This document shows positions 35,750 through 44,644 of a stretch of DNA of 64,000 bases, in pieces (the stretch's first letter is position 1; every line of letters begins with the position of its first letter). Source of the stretch: Minisyncoccota bacterium (lineage in GTDB: Bacteria > Patescibacteriota > Minisyncoccia > Phycocordibacterales > UBA9973). The notes under the pieces were generated by a model. The model ran no database searches and had not been told where the DNA came from. It worked only from the letters and a program-made list of their open reading frames with translations. Made by a program: the position numbers and the translations under genes. The stretch lies in NCBI GenBank assembly GCA_031291825.1, contig JARLIG010000008.1, positions 5,674-69,673 on the forward strand. Direction: 5' to 3'.

Positions 35750-37696
35750 ATGATGAAAATATTTAAAAAATCTAATTTGTTTCTATTTTCTTTTTTAGTA
35801 ATTATGTTTTCTATGTTTTCTATGTTTATTTCCACAGCCCACGCTACCGTGACTCCGACTCTTTCAGTGGCAGCTACTGGAGATGGAAATTCAGTTCAGG
35901 TTAATGTTATGGGAGACCCAAATGCCAGTGTTTTTATGGTTTATGTAAAAAGTGGTGCTGGACAACAGATACCTTTAATTGGAACTACCAGTGCCAGTGG
36001 ATTTTTGACTACCACCATCAGTAGCTCCTCTTATGGAATTGTTTCTGGCGCTCCAGTTTATGTCATATTGGATAATATCAATGGTCCGCAATCTGCCAAT
36101 GTGACTTGGCCAGCGGTGACTTCCTTGCTCTCTAGCGGTAACATGATTTCTCTCAGCCAAACCGGTTTGGTTTTGACAGTTGGACAATCATCAACAATTA
36201 CTGCTAGCAATTTAAATGGTAGTTCTTTATATTTATCCAGTAATTCTAATCCACTCATCGCCAATTTTAGTGTCAGTGGCTCTCAGATAACTGTTTTAGC
36301 TAATGGTTATGGCTCTACTACTGGAACGGTATGTTTAGTTAACAATACTACAAACTGTGCAAGCATCTATGTCATGGTTCAAAATAGTAGTGCAGTGCCA
36401 CTTAGTTTTAGTCAAAACAGTATTTCCTTGTCATCTGGACAATCTGTAGCTGTTCAGATTTCTGGTGGTTCTGGATCTTATTCTGTGCTTAGTAATTCTA
36501 GTCAAGGTGGCGCTTTAGTAACTACCAGTATTTCTGGACAAATTATTACTTTGACCACGGCTAGCACGAGTGGTTCTTCATCAATCACTGTTTGTTCTAC
36601 AAATATGAATTCTTGTGGAATTGTAAATGTTTCAATCGGTACGACTAATTCCACAACTACGGCAATTTCTTTTAGTCAAACAAATCCGACTGTAACTATC
36701 GGACAGAGCTCTAATATTAGTATCTATGGTCCCACCAGTAGTCTCTTTTATGTTTCTTCAAATTCAAATCCTAGTATTGTCCAAGCCAATTTATCTGGTA
36801 GTGTTCTGACCTTGCTTGGTATTGCTAATGGAACTTCCACAATAAGTGTTTGTTCTTCCTCAAGTAATTGTGGAACCTTAACTGTAACCGTCAGTCCTAA
36901 TTACAGTACAAACGGTGGAAATATTACACTAAGCCAAGACACTATCTCTCTTTCTGTTGGTCAGAATTCAAATATTACAGTTTCTGGTGGAACCATGCCC
37001 TATACCACTTTGATTACACCCAATAATATTTTTCAAGCGACGCTCAACAGTAACATATTGACGATTTATGGTCTTGCAGCAGGTTCGTCTTCGATGAGTG
37101 TGTGCTCAAACGGAACATGTGCTTCTGTTACTGTCACAGTTCTAGGAACAGGTTCAACTAGTTCTTATTTACCGGTGGGCTGTTACTCCACTGTCGGCTA
37201 TAGTCAAACGACAGGAATGTCTTGCTCGACAGTTGTTTCTGCCAACACCAGTACTATTTATCCAGCGGGTTGTTACTCTACTGTTGGTTATAGTCAAACT
37301 AGTGGCTTACCTTGTAGCTCTACATCTACTGCCACAACACCGACGGTGCCAGTTGATTGTACCGGAGCAGTCTATAGCATCTCCACTGGTCAAGCTTGTC
37401 CTGTCAGCACTATAATAACTACCCCAGTTGTCGCAACACCCACGACTGTTGCTACACCTACACCCGCATCAACAAATACCGCTTTTATTTTTACCACTCA
37501 ACTGAAGCTAGGTTCCACTGGTACTGCAGTAATTCAATTACAGAAAAAATTAAAAACATTAGGATTTTACAAAGGGAAAATTGATGGGGGATATGGAGCA
37601 GCAACAGAATTAGCGGTTAAGGCACTTCAAAAAGCTCATAAACTTTCTCAAGTAGGTGTCGTTGGTCCACAGACAAGAGCAATTTTAAATAAATAA
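35750..37696 (+). CDS. Large secreted surface protein: about five Big_2-like Ig repeats, Cys-motif repeats, and a C-terminal peptidoglycan-binding domain
   Basis: The track ORF starts at 35696. The signal peptide MMKIFKKSNLFLFSFLVIMFSMFSMFISTAHA begins at 35750. Repeats follow the pattern LS.SQ..ISLS.GQS..V.ISGG. The motifs GCYSTVGYSQTTGMSCS, GCYSTVGYSQTSGLPCS and CTGAVYSISTGQACP follow, then the C-terminal LKLGSTGTAVIQLQKKLKTLGFYKGKIDGGYGAATELAVKALQKAHKLSQVGVVGPQTRAIL. Confidence 0.75.
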   Translation: MMKIFKKSNLFLFSFLVIMFSMFSMFISTAHATVTPTLSVAATGDGNSVQVNVMGDPNASVFMVYVKSGAGQQIPLIGTTSASGFLTTTISSSSYGIVSGAPVYVILDNINGPQSANVTWPAVTSLLSSGNMISLSQTGLVLTVGQSSTITASNLNGSSLYLSSNSNPLIANFSVSGSQITVLANGYGSTTGTVCLVNNTTNCASIYVMVQNSSAVPLSFSQNSISLSSGQSVAVQISGGSGSYSVLSNSSQGGALVTTSISGQIITLTTASTSGSSSITVCSTNMNSCGIVNVSIGTTNSTTTAISFSQTNPTVTIGQSSNISIYGPTSSLFYVSSNSNPSIVQANLSGSVLTLLGIANGTSTISVCSSSSNCGTLTVTVSPNYSTNGGNITLSQDTISLSVGQNSNITVSGGTMPYTTLITPNNIFQATLNSNILTIYGLAAGSSSMSVCSNGTCASVTVTVLGTGSTSSYLPVGCYSTVGYSQTTGMSCSTVVSANTSTIYPAGCYSTVGYSQTSGLPCSSTSTATTPTVPVDCTGAVYSISTGQACPVSTIITTPVVATPTTVATPTPASTNTAFIFTTQLKLGSTGTAVIQLQKKLKTLGFYKGKIDGGYGAATELAVKALQKAHKLSQVGVVGPQTRAILNK

Positions 37697-37700
37697 AAAT

Positions 37701-39197
37701 TTATTCTACGTGTACTTTAATATCGGTCCGTTCGTTTTTTAGGTTGAGGAAAAGTATTGTAAATGAACCTAAAAATATTATTATTGAAGCAACCCAAAAT
37801 ACATAATCGTATGCGTCTATTTGAGCTTTTAACTCTATTAGAGTAATGTATTTTTGAATATCGAGAGGTATGTGGCTAGCAAGTCTACTGAAACTATTAA
37901 TAGCAAAGACATTTGTATTTGTTCTATCATTCAAGATTGTCGCAAAAATTGCGATACCGAACGCGCCAGCGATGTTTCGTACCAATGCGAGAATCGATGA
38001 AGCCACACCGATTTCGTGTTGTGGCACTACTGAGGCGATAATGTTTGTGCGTTGCGCCATTCCGAATCCGAGTCCGAAAGCCATGATTCCAAGTGGAAGC
38101 GCAATGTCGAGCGCAGTTGATTTAGCATCCATTCCAGTTAACATGAAAATACCAAGCGCGGCAACCAATGTACTGGCAAAGATTACATATTTAGATTTTA
38201 CTTTACCAGTCAGCATGCCACCAATCGGCGCCGCCACCATGATTGCTATTGCCATGGGCACAAAAAGATATCCTGATTGAGTGGCGTTATAACCTAAGAA
38301 AGTTTGCGCAAAAATCGGTATTAAAAATACACCACCCATCATTCCCATGAACACCACAAAGTTATTTACCAATGCATTCACAAATGCCGGAATTTTAAAG
38401 AATTTCAAGTCGACGATTGGCTCGGGAACATTTTGTTCTATTTTGATAAAGACGCCCAGTAGTATCACGACAAAGAAATAACATATTAAACTGTCGATTG
38501 CCATCCAGCCCCAAGTGGACCCTTGGTCTAAGACCAACACAAGAGCAGAAAGCATACCACCTAGAACAATCGCACCCCACCAGTCAAAATAAGTAGTTTT
38601 CTGTTCTGAACGTGATTCATTGATGAAACGGATAGCCATAAGCATACCCAAAATTCCGATAGGAAGGTTTATTAAAAAAACCGAACGCCATCCAAAGTTA
38701 TCAATCAACGGTCCTCCAATTAATGGTCCGAAGACTATCGCGGCGGCAAAAGAAGATGACCAGATGCCGAGCGCTTGTGCGCGCTCCTTGCCTTGTTTAA
38801 AGGTGATGGCTAATATCGCCATGGCGGTCGGATAGTCCGCGCTACCAGCGATTGATTGAATAATACGAAAAACAATCATCGAGGGAAGATTCCAAGAAAG
38901 TCCCGCCAAAACGGAGCCTAAAATAAAAATACTAAAACCCAGAACGTAAACTTTTTTACGCCCAATTGTATCTCCAAGTTTTCCCCAAATTGGTACGAAA
39001 ACAGCGTTGGCTAAAATATAAGCTGTGGCAATCCAGCCGGCAGCTGAGACAGTAATACCGAAATCACTGATTATTTTAGGTAATGCCAAATTAACAATCG
39101 TTTGGTCGAGTCTACCCAAGAATGTTCCGATAATAACAGTTAGCAATATCCACCAACGTAAATTTGATTCCTTTTTTTGACTTTTTTCTTCTTCCAT
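37701..39197 (-). CDS. MFS drug:H+ antiporter, DHA2 (EmrB/QacA-like, 14 TM)
   Basis: WWILLTVIIGTFLGRLDQTIVNLALPKI...GKLGDTIGRKKV are the DHA2 signature motifs. Length is 498 aa. Confidence 0.85.
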   Translation of the reverse strand: MEEEKSQKKESNLRWWILLTVIIGTFLGRLDQTIVNLALPKIISDFGITVSAAGWIATAYILANAVFVPIWGKLGDTIGRKKVYVLGFSIFILGSVLAGLSWNLPSMIVFRIIQSIAGSADYPTAMAILAITFKQGKERAQALGIWSSSFAAAIVFGPLIGGPLIDNFGWRSVFLINLPIGILGMLMAIRFINESRSEQKTTYFDWWGAIVLGGMLSALVLVLDQGSTWGWMAIDSLICYFFVVILLGVFIKIEQNVPEPIVDLKFFKIPAFVNALVNNFVVFMGMMGGVFLIPIFAQTFLGYNATQSGYLFVPMAIAIMVAAPIGGMLTGKVKSKYVIFASTLVAALGIFMLTGMDAKSTALDIALPLGIMAFGLGFGMAQRTNIIASVVPQHEIGVASSILALVRNIAGAFGIAIFATILNDRTNTNVFAINSFSRLASHIPLDIQKYITLIELKAQIDAYDYVFWVASIIIFLGSFTILFLNLKNERTDIKVHVE

Positions 39198-39868
39198 TAT
39201 TTATTAGTATAAACAGTTATTTTTGCAGACATTCCACTTTTCAATTCTGGATAATCAGAGACATTGAAACGGACTTTTACATCAAATTTTTCGATTGGAC
39301 GCTGGTCAGAAATATCAAAGAGCACACCAGTATCGTCAGAAACAGGGCTGACTTCATCAACAATCCCTTCATAAGTTTTTCCTGGAAAAGCGTCAACAGA
39401 AAAAGTCGCTCGTTGACCAGCCACGATATTTTTTAATCCTTTTGTTTCTTCTAATTGTCCTACAACTTTCATTTCAGTTACGTTTACGATAGAAACGACA
39501 GTTTGTCCAGGAGAGAAATAAGAACCTAAGACTTCTGGTGCGTAAGAAATAACTCCGCCATCTTTTGCGGAAATTGTTTCTGAACCTACTAGGGCGATAG
39601 GAGAGTTTGGTGTAACAACATCTCCCTCTTTAACATATAAAGCATTTAATACTCCAGGCGCAGAAGGCGCTAAGTTGATAATTGGCGCTTCAAGGTTTGA
39701 GTTTTCAATAAAAACACTATTTTTTTCCACCTGCCAGAATAGAAATAATCCAAGCAAGCCAAAAATAACTACAAATGAAAACAAACTATGCAACCAAGGT
39801 TTTTTGAAAAGATTTTTTTCTTTTGAAACGGTTTCGTGAATACTTTTTTCTTTTTTTTCTTCGTGCAT
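39197..39868 (-). CDS. HlyD-family membrane fusion protein (short form, no coiled-coil)
   Basis: TM anchor, a lipoyl-like segment VLNALYVKEGDVVTPNSPIALV, and a beta-barrel domain. Confidence 0.75.
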   Translation of the reverse strand: MHEEKKEKSIHETVSKEKNLFKKPWLHSLFSFVVIFGLLGLFLFWQVEKNSVFIENSNLEAPIINLAPSAPGVLNALYVKEGDVVTPNSPIALVGSETISAKDGGVISYAPEVLGSYFSPGQTVVSIVNVTEMKVVGQLEETKGLKNIVAGQRATFSVDAFPGKTYEGIVDEVSPVSDDTGVLFDISDQRPIEKFDVKVRFNVSDYPELKSGMSAKITVYTNK

Positions 39869-39876
39869 ATAATATA

Positions 39877-40974
39877 TTAGTTATTAGTAATAGAAGAATC
39901 GCTTGTAAAGTCAATGGCAGGAGAGTTTGGAGTAGCTATTTGTCCTGGCGTGATGGCAACTGATACAACAGTACCATTATCTGGAGCGGTAATTATTGTG
40001 TTTTCATAAGCAGCTTGCGCTATTTGCACTGCGCCTTCTGCGTTATCCATTTGCGCTTGAGCTGCAGCCACATCTTCTGGTCGAGCAGCGGTTACTAGAG
40101 CATCAAGAGATGCATTTGCTTGGTCAAGAGTGGCTTGGGCATTCGAAACTGCCTGAGTCTGTGTCTGTAGAGCTGACTGATAAGCATTGTAGTTAGCTAG
40201 GTAATTTGGTGCAGTATTGTTTGGTATTGGTATATTCCAAGTAGTGCCTAAATAAGAAGTGCCTGTAGGAAATTCCACATAGAGTCCAGTGCTTAGAATC
40301 GGTTCAGGAGTCGTTGTGCTGACAATTCCTGTTCCGTTTACAATACCTGAGATTGAGAAATACCCACTTTGACCTCCTTGGTTGATAACTAGATTGATTG
40401 TTCCTTCTGTGCTTCCCGCGTATGTCCCCGTGATCGAAGGTGCAGGTAAAGAAACATCTGTATTTGATTTTGCCACAATAGTAGAGTTTAAAAGATTTGC
40501 ATAAGCATTTGCGACTAAAAGTTTCTGTTGTTCGGTAACTCCACTTAAGTTCACTTGCGCAGAGTTCACAGCAGCCTTCGCAACATCGATAGCTGAGCTT
40601 GTAGCTCCGTTTATGATTTTTTGATAACTTGCCTTGGCTGATTCATAGGCGGCTTGTGCTTGAGCGAGGGCGCCTTGGGTATTTCCTGCATCTAGGGTTG
40701 CTAGAACTTGTCCTTTGACAACCTTGTCACCAGCTTTAACAGAAATAGAGTTGATTCTACCACCAGCTAGGAATCCTAAAGAAATATCCTGTGGCATCGA
40801 AGGATTGCTGCCTCCTTCAATTACATCTGCGTTAGTATTGTCTTGTATCACGGGCGTAGGTATATACTTATTTATTTTTTGATAACCGTAAACTCCTATA
40901 ATAGCTGCAATTACTAGGGAAATTATAATTATCTGTTTAGGGTGATTTAGTAACGATTTCATATGATTTTTCAT
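39877..40974 (-). CDS. HlyD-family membrane fusion protein (long form with coiled-coil)
   Basis: TM anchor, RINSISVKAGDKVVKGQVLATLD (biotin-lipoyl-like), and long Ala/Gln-rich coiled-coil segments. Confidence 0.75.
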   Translation of the reverse strand: MKNHMKSLLNHPKQIIIISLVIAAIIGVYGYQKINKYIPTPVIQDNTNADVIEGGSNPSMPQDISLGFLAGGRINSISVKAGDKVVKGQVLATLDAGNTQGALAQAQAAYESAKASYQKIINGATSSAIDVAKAAVNSAQVNLSGVTEQQKLLVANAYANLLNSTIVAKSNTDVSLPAPSITGTYAGSTEGTINLVINQGGQSGYFSISGIVNGTGIVSTTTPEPILSTGLYVEFPTGTSYLGTTWNIPIPNNTAPNYLANYNAYQSALQTQTQAVSNAQATLDQANASLDALVTAARPEDVAAAQAQMDNAEGAVQIAQAAYENTIITAPDNGTVVSVAITPGQIATPNSPAIDFTSDSSITNN

Positions 40975-40980
40975 AATTAA

Positions 40981-41403
40981 TTAATTTGTTATTAAAATTC
41001 TAATAATACGTTCAAAATTTTCATAATCTTTTTTGTTTAGTTTTGAAAGCATCTTTTTAAACATTAATTCCTTTTGTTTACATAACGATACGGAAAGCTT
41101 TTTTGAGGAAGTGGAGAGAACAATAAAAACGATACGCCTGTCTTTTTTATCATCAATTCTTTTTATCAGACCCTTCTTTTCCATTTCTTTCACAATCTCG
41201 GTGGCGGACGGGGGAGTGATTCCTAGGTGATCAGCAATACTCTTCATTGTCTCTTTCCCCGTCGGTCCGATGAAACCAAGAAGTTCAACTTGAGAAAAAG
41301 TTAAATCATGTTCAAATCCTTCTCTCTTAATGCTTTTTAAGATATTCTTTCTGAAGTTAAAAATTAAATCCGAAAGGCTAGATTTTGAATAAGTGTTTGA
41401 CAT
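40981..41403 (-). CDS. MarR-family transcriptional regulator
   Basis: Winged helix-turn-helix LTFSQVELLGFIGPTGKETMKSIADHLGITPPSATEIVKEMEKKGLIKRIDDKKDRRIV. It is the first gene of the efflux operon. Confidence 0.85.
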   Translation of the reverse strand: MSNTYSKSSLSDLIFNFRKNILKSIKREGFEHDLTFSQVELLGFIGPTGKETMKSIADHLGITPPSATEIVKEMEKKGLIKRIDDKKDRRIVFIVLSTSSKKLSVSLCKQKELMFKKMLSKLNKKDYENFERIIRILITN

Positions 41404-41495
41404 ATATTTATATAACTAATAGTTAGGTAGACTAAGTATATTCTATTTATAGTCTTTTGTCAAATAGCTTAACTTAGTGCTATAATCTATGGGTC

Positions 41496-41894
41496 ATGGA
41501 ACAAAATTTACAAGGATCAAATACTACTTTGCCGAATTTTTCATTTTCTGGCGTTTGTTCTGTTTGTCATCAGCCGATATTACCTCAATATTATTTTTGT
41601 CCAAATTGTGGAGCGAAGATAAATACCGCTCCGCTTTCTACCACACCACAAACTCAAGCTTGGATATATCTATTTAGTATCATTTTGCCACTGATAGCTT
41701 TTCTTTTTATTACTAGATGGCCTGGCGTAAAATACTATAAATCAAAAGACCCTAAGACGCATCGTATTGGACAAATAGCCTGGGCGCTTATTATCATATC
41801 CAGCTTGGTAACCATTGGGCTTGCATGGTATTGGACACAGCAGATGATTCAAAGCCAAATTCAGAGTATTAATACTGACTTTAGCGGAATATAA
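41496..41894 (+). CDS. Zinc-ribbon domain membrane protein
   Basis: CSVCHQ...CPNCG followed by two TM helices. Confidence 0.5.
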   Translation: MEQNLQGSNTTLPNFSFSGVCSVCHQPILPQYYFCPNCGAKINTAPLSTTPQTQAWIYLFSIILPLIAFLFITRWPGVKYYKSKDPKTHRIGQIAWALIIISSLVTIGLAWYWTQQMIQSQIQSINTDFSGI

Positions 41895-43051
41895 TGAATA
41901 AAAGACTTTGGACCTTCGTCGCAATTGTAATACTTGTATCAATTTCTGCTTTTTTTCTGTCGGGATTTTTTGCTGATGCGGTGACTTATAATAAAAGTGC
42001 TCCAGTAGTAAGGGTAGCTCAAACTACATCAGTTCTAGCTACTGCGCCAGTTGTCGTCACAATTCCACCACTTGACATCGCACTCTATGACAAAAAATTA
42101 AATATTCTTGCCAACAATCCTCCCGATCCTATTGTATATACTACCGTTAAAACAGTCACACAAAATTCAAAAGGTAAATCAATTACAACTATTACCAAAG
42201 TACCCGTTTCTCCACAGCCAGTTCCAGTTCATCTCTGGCCAGTCAAAACTGTTTATCCAAATGCTGGAGTGCTTTTGCCATTTAATCGTATCGTGGCTTA
42301 TTATGGAAATTTGTATTCAACTAAAATGGGAGTACTGGGAGAATATCCAGAAGATCAGATGTTGCAAATGTTGGAAGGGGAAGTAAAAAAATGGGAAGTA
42401 GCTGACCCGTCCACGCCAGTTATTCCAGCGCTTCAATATATAGCAGTGGTGGCACAGGGTAGTCCGGGAGCTAGTGGGATGTATCGAGCACGTATGCCAT
42501 TTTCGGAAATAGACAAAGTGATTGCGATGGCCGCAAAAATTAATGCGATTGTTTTCTTGGATGTGCAAGTTGGACTTTCCAATGTGCAGACAGAGGTTCC
42601 GCTTTTACAAAAATATTTAAAAATGCCAAACGTAGAGCTGGCGATTGACCCGGAGTTTTCGATGAAGACCGGCGCTCATCCAGGGACTGTCATTGGTACT
42701 TTTGATGCGACCGATATAAATTTTGTTTCAAACTATTTAGCTAATCTAGTAGACCAGAATAATCTCACCCCAAAAATTCTTGTTGTGCACCGTTTTACGG
42801 AAGGGATGATTACAAATTACAAACAAATTAAAACAACACCAGAGGTGCAGATTGTGATGAATATGGATGGTTGGGGAGACCAAGCTCATAAAATAGCCAC
42901 TTATAAGGAATTTATCTATGAAGAACCTGTACAGTTTACGGGAATAAAATTATTTTATAAGAACGACCTAACCGTTCCAGGTAGTGCGATGTTGACCCCA
43001 GCCCAGATTTTGAAACTAAATCCAGAGCCGATATATATTCAGTATCAATAA
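41894..43051 (+). CDS. Secreted hypothetical protein (possible TIM-barrel hydrolase-like fold)
   Basis: Signal anchor. No confidently recognised motif. Confidence 0.45.
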   Translation: MNKRLWTFVAIVILVSISAFFLSGFFADAVTYNKSAPVVRVAQTTSVLATAPVVVTIPPLDIALYDKKLNILANNPPDPIVYTTVKTVTQNSKGKSITTITKVPVSPQPVPVHLWPVKTVYPNAGVLLPFNRIVAYYGNLYSTKMGVLGEYPEDQMLQMLEGEVKKWEVADPSTPVIPALQYIAVVAQGSPGASGMYRARMPFSEIDKVIAMAAKINAIVFLDVQVGLSNVQTEVPLLQKYLKMPNVELAIDPEFSMKTGAHPGTVIGTFDATDINFVSNYLANLVDQNNLTPKILVVHRFTEGMITNYKQIKTTPEVQIVMNMDGWGDQAHKIATYKEFIYEEPVQFTGIKLFYKNDLTVPGSAMLTPAQILKLNPEPIYIQYQ

Positions 43052-43057
43052 GCGTTC

Positions 43058-43456
43058 TTGTGCTATAATTTTATTATGGATTCTCCAAAAGAAAAAAAAG
43101 CTTTTTCTCTCGTTGCTCGAATGAAAAGCGTTACGCATGCATGGCGTGGTGTTTGTGTATTTTTTAAAACGACTCATAATGTTTGGGTGCAGAGTTCTTG
43201 TTTCCTTTTCGAGATAATCTTAGCAATTATTCTGCGTATTTCAGGTATTGAATGGATTTTAGTTATTCTTTCAGGAGGTTTGTTGATAGTAGCTGAAGCG
43301 TTTAACACGGCTATCGAGATTGACATTGATTTAACTTCCCCTAATTATCATCCTTATGCCAGAGACACAAAAGATATCGCGGCGGGCGCAGTTTTGCTGA
43401 TGTCAATAATTACCGCCATTGTCGGATTAATCATTTTCTTGCCAAAGATTTTTTAG
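43058..43456 (+). CDS. dgkA: Diacylglycerol/undecaprenol kinase (DgkA family)
   Basis: EAFNTAIE...ARDTKDIAAGAVLLMSIITAIVG is the prokaryotic DAGK signature. The alternative ATG at 43076 is possible. Confidence 0.8.
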   Translation: MCYNFIMDSPKEKKAFSLVARMKSVTHAWRGVCVFFKTTHNVWVQSSCFLFEIILAIILRISGIEWILVILSGGLLIVAEAFNTAIEIDIDLTSPNYHPYARDTKDIAAGAVLLMSIITAIVGLIIFLPKIF

Positions 43457-43519
43457 ATGAATTTTAGATTAAATAGACTATTGCCTAATTTTTCTTAAAT
43501 TGATAGAATGTGAACACCT

Positions 43520-43921
43520 ATGAACAATCAAGTAAAAATTTTTCTTTCGATTATTGGTCTTCTAATTTTGGGTACAATTGCTGCGGTTTTATTACAACCT
43601 AAAAGCACGCCAGCGGCTCCTGGTAAATATGAGGCTCTAGCGCAATGTATAAAAGATTCTGGCGCTACTTTCTATGGAGCTTTTTGGTGTCCACATTGTC
43701 AGGCCGAAGAAGCAGACTTTCAAATGACCCGTCAAGCATTAGCAGCAATAGGTCTTTATACTGAATGTTCTACTGCAGATGGAACTGCGCAGACACAAGT
43801 ATGTATTGATAAAAAAATCCAGAGTTATCCAACTTGGGTGTTTAAGGATGGTTCAACCTTAACAGGCACAATTCCACTCGCTCAACTAGCGCAAAAAACT
43901 GGTTGTACAGTGCCACAATAA
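43520..43921 (+). CDS. Membrane-anchored thioredoxin-fold thiol:disulfide oxidoreductase (DsbA-like, CPHC active site)
   Basis: FWCPHCQ active-site motif after a TM anchor. Confidence 0.65.
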   Translation: MNNQVKIFLSIIGLLILGTIAAVLLQPKSTPAAPGKYEALAQCIKDSGATFYGAFWCPHCQAEEADFQMTRQALAAIGLYTECSTADGTAQTQVCIDKKIQSYPTWVFKDGSTLTGTIPLAQLAQKTGCTVPQ

Positions 43922-44484
43922 ATATGAATCCTGATGCCATCAATGATCTGAATATTGTTCTCGGACTTGGAGCTATCATGCTTCAGATTCTTTCTGTGAT
44001 TGCTTTGTTTTTGCTTTTTTTCCGTTCTAAGGATAGAAGCCGAAATTTTTATTTAGATTTTATTGATAAACATTTTTTGATTTTAGCCTTTTTGATTTCT
44101 TTGTTTTCTTCTATTTTTCCTTTAGTCTATTCTGAGATTATTAATTTTTTGCCGTGTGTGCTGTGTTGGTGGCAGAGAGTGTTTATGTTTCCAACTCTTT
44201 TTCTTTTTGCCACGGCGCTTTGGGATAATGACCGAAGAGTTGTTCGCTACGCTGCACCCTTGTTATCAATTGGCTTTTTAATTTCCGTTTATCATAATTT
44301 TAATTATTATTTTGGAGAGACTTCCAGCGCTCCTTGTGATGCGACAGGAGTGTCTTGTTATCAGCATTTAGTTTCGGTATTTGGAGGATATATTTCAATT
44401 CCCATGATGGCGCTTTCGTCATTTGTTGCGCTTCTGACACTTCTAGCTGTTGCTCATTTTTATAAAAAAGAAATAAAGGTTTAA
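43903..44484 (+). CDS. Disulfide bond formation protein B (DsbB/BdbC-like)
   Basis: Four TMs, a first-loop CVLCWWQR pair, and a second Cys pair in APCDATGVSC. It is adjacent to the DsbA-like gene. Confidence 0.65.
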   Translation: MYSATINMNPDAINDLNIVLGLGAIMLQILSVIALFLLFFRSKDRSRNFYLDFIDKHFLILAFLISLFSSIFPLVYSEIINFLPCVLCWWQRVFMFPTLFLFATALWDNDRRVVRYAAPLLSIGFLISVYHNFNYYFGETSSAPCDATGVSCYQHLVSVFGGYISIPMMALSSFVALLTLLAVAHFYKKEIKV

Positions 44485-44505
44485 TTATTAATTAACTACA
44501 AATCA

Positions 44506-44571
44506 CATGGGAAAGGGAAATAACGCATATCGAAAGGATGTGAAGAAGCCAAAAAAGGAAAAAAAGAAATA
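44506..44571 (+). CDS. Very small Lys-rich ORF (21 aa); speculative
   Basis: MGKGNNAYRKDVKKPKKEKKK followed directly by a strong terminator. No clear SD site. Confidence 0.15.
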
Positions 44572-44580
44572 GTTTAAAAA

Positions 44581-44612
44581 TCCCTCCGATTTATCTCGGA
44601 GGGATTTTTTGT
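44581..44612 (+). terminator. Rho-independent terminator
   Basis: TCCCTCCGATTTATCTCGGAGGGA followed by TTTTTTG. Confidence 0.75.
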
Positions 44613-44644
44613 TTAAAATTAATATAGATGATACAATCTTAAAA

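Noticed and set aside
39868-39877. Frameshift splitting a single HlyD gene into two ORFs
   Set aside because: Each ORF has its own N-terminal TM anchor and start codon with a plausible spacing, so two genuine genes is the simpler reading.
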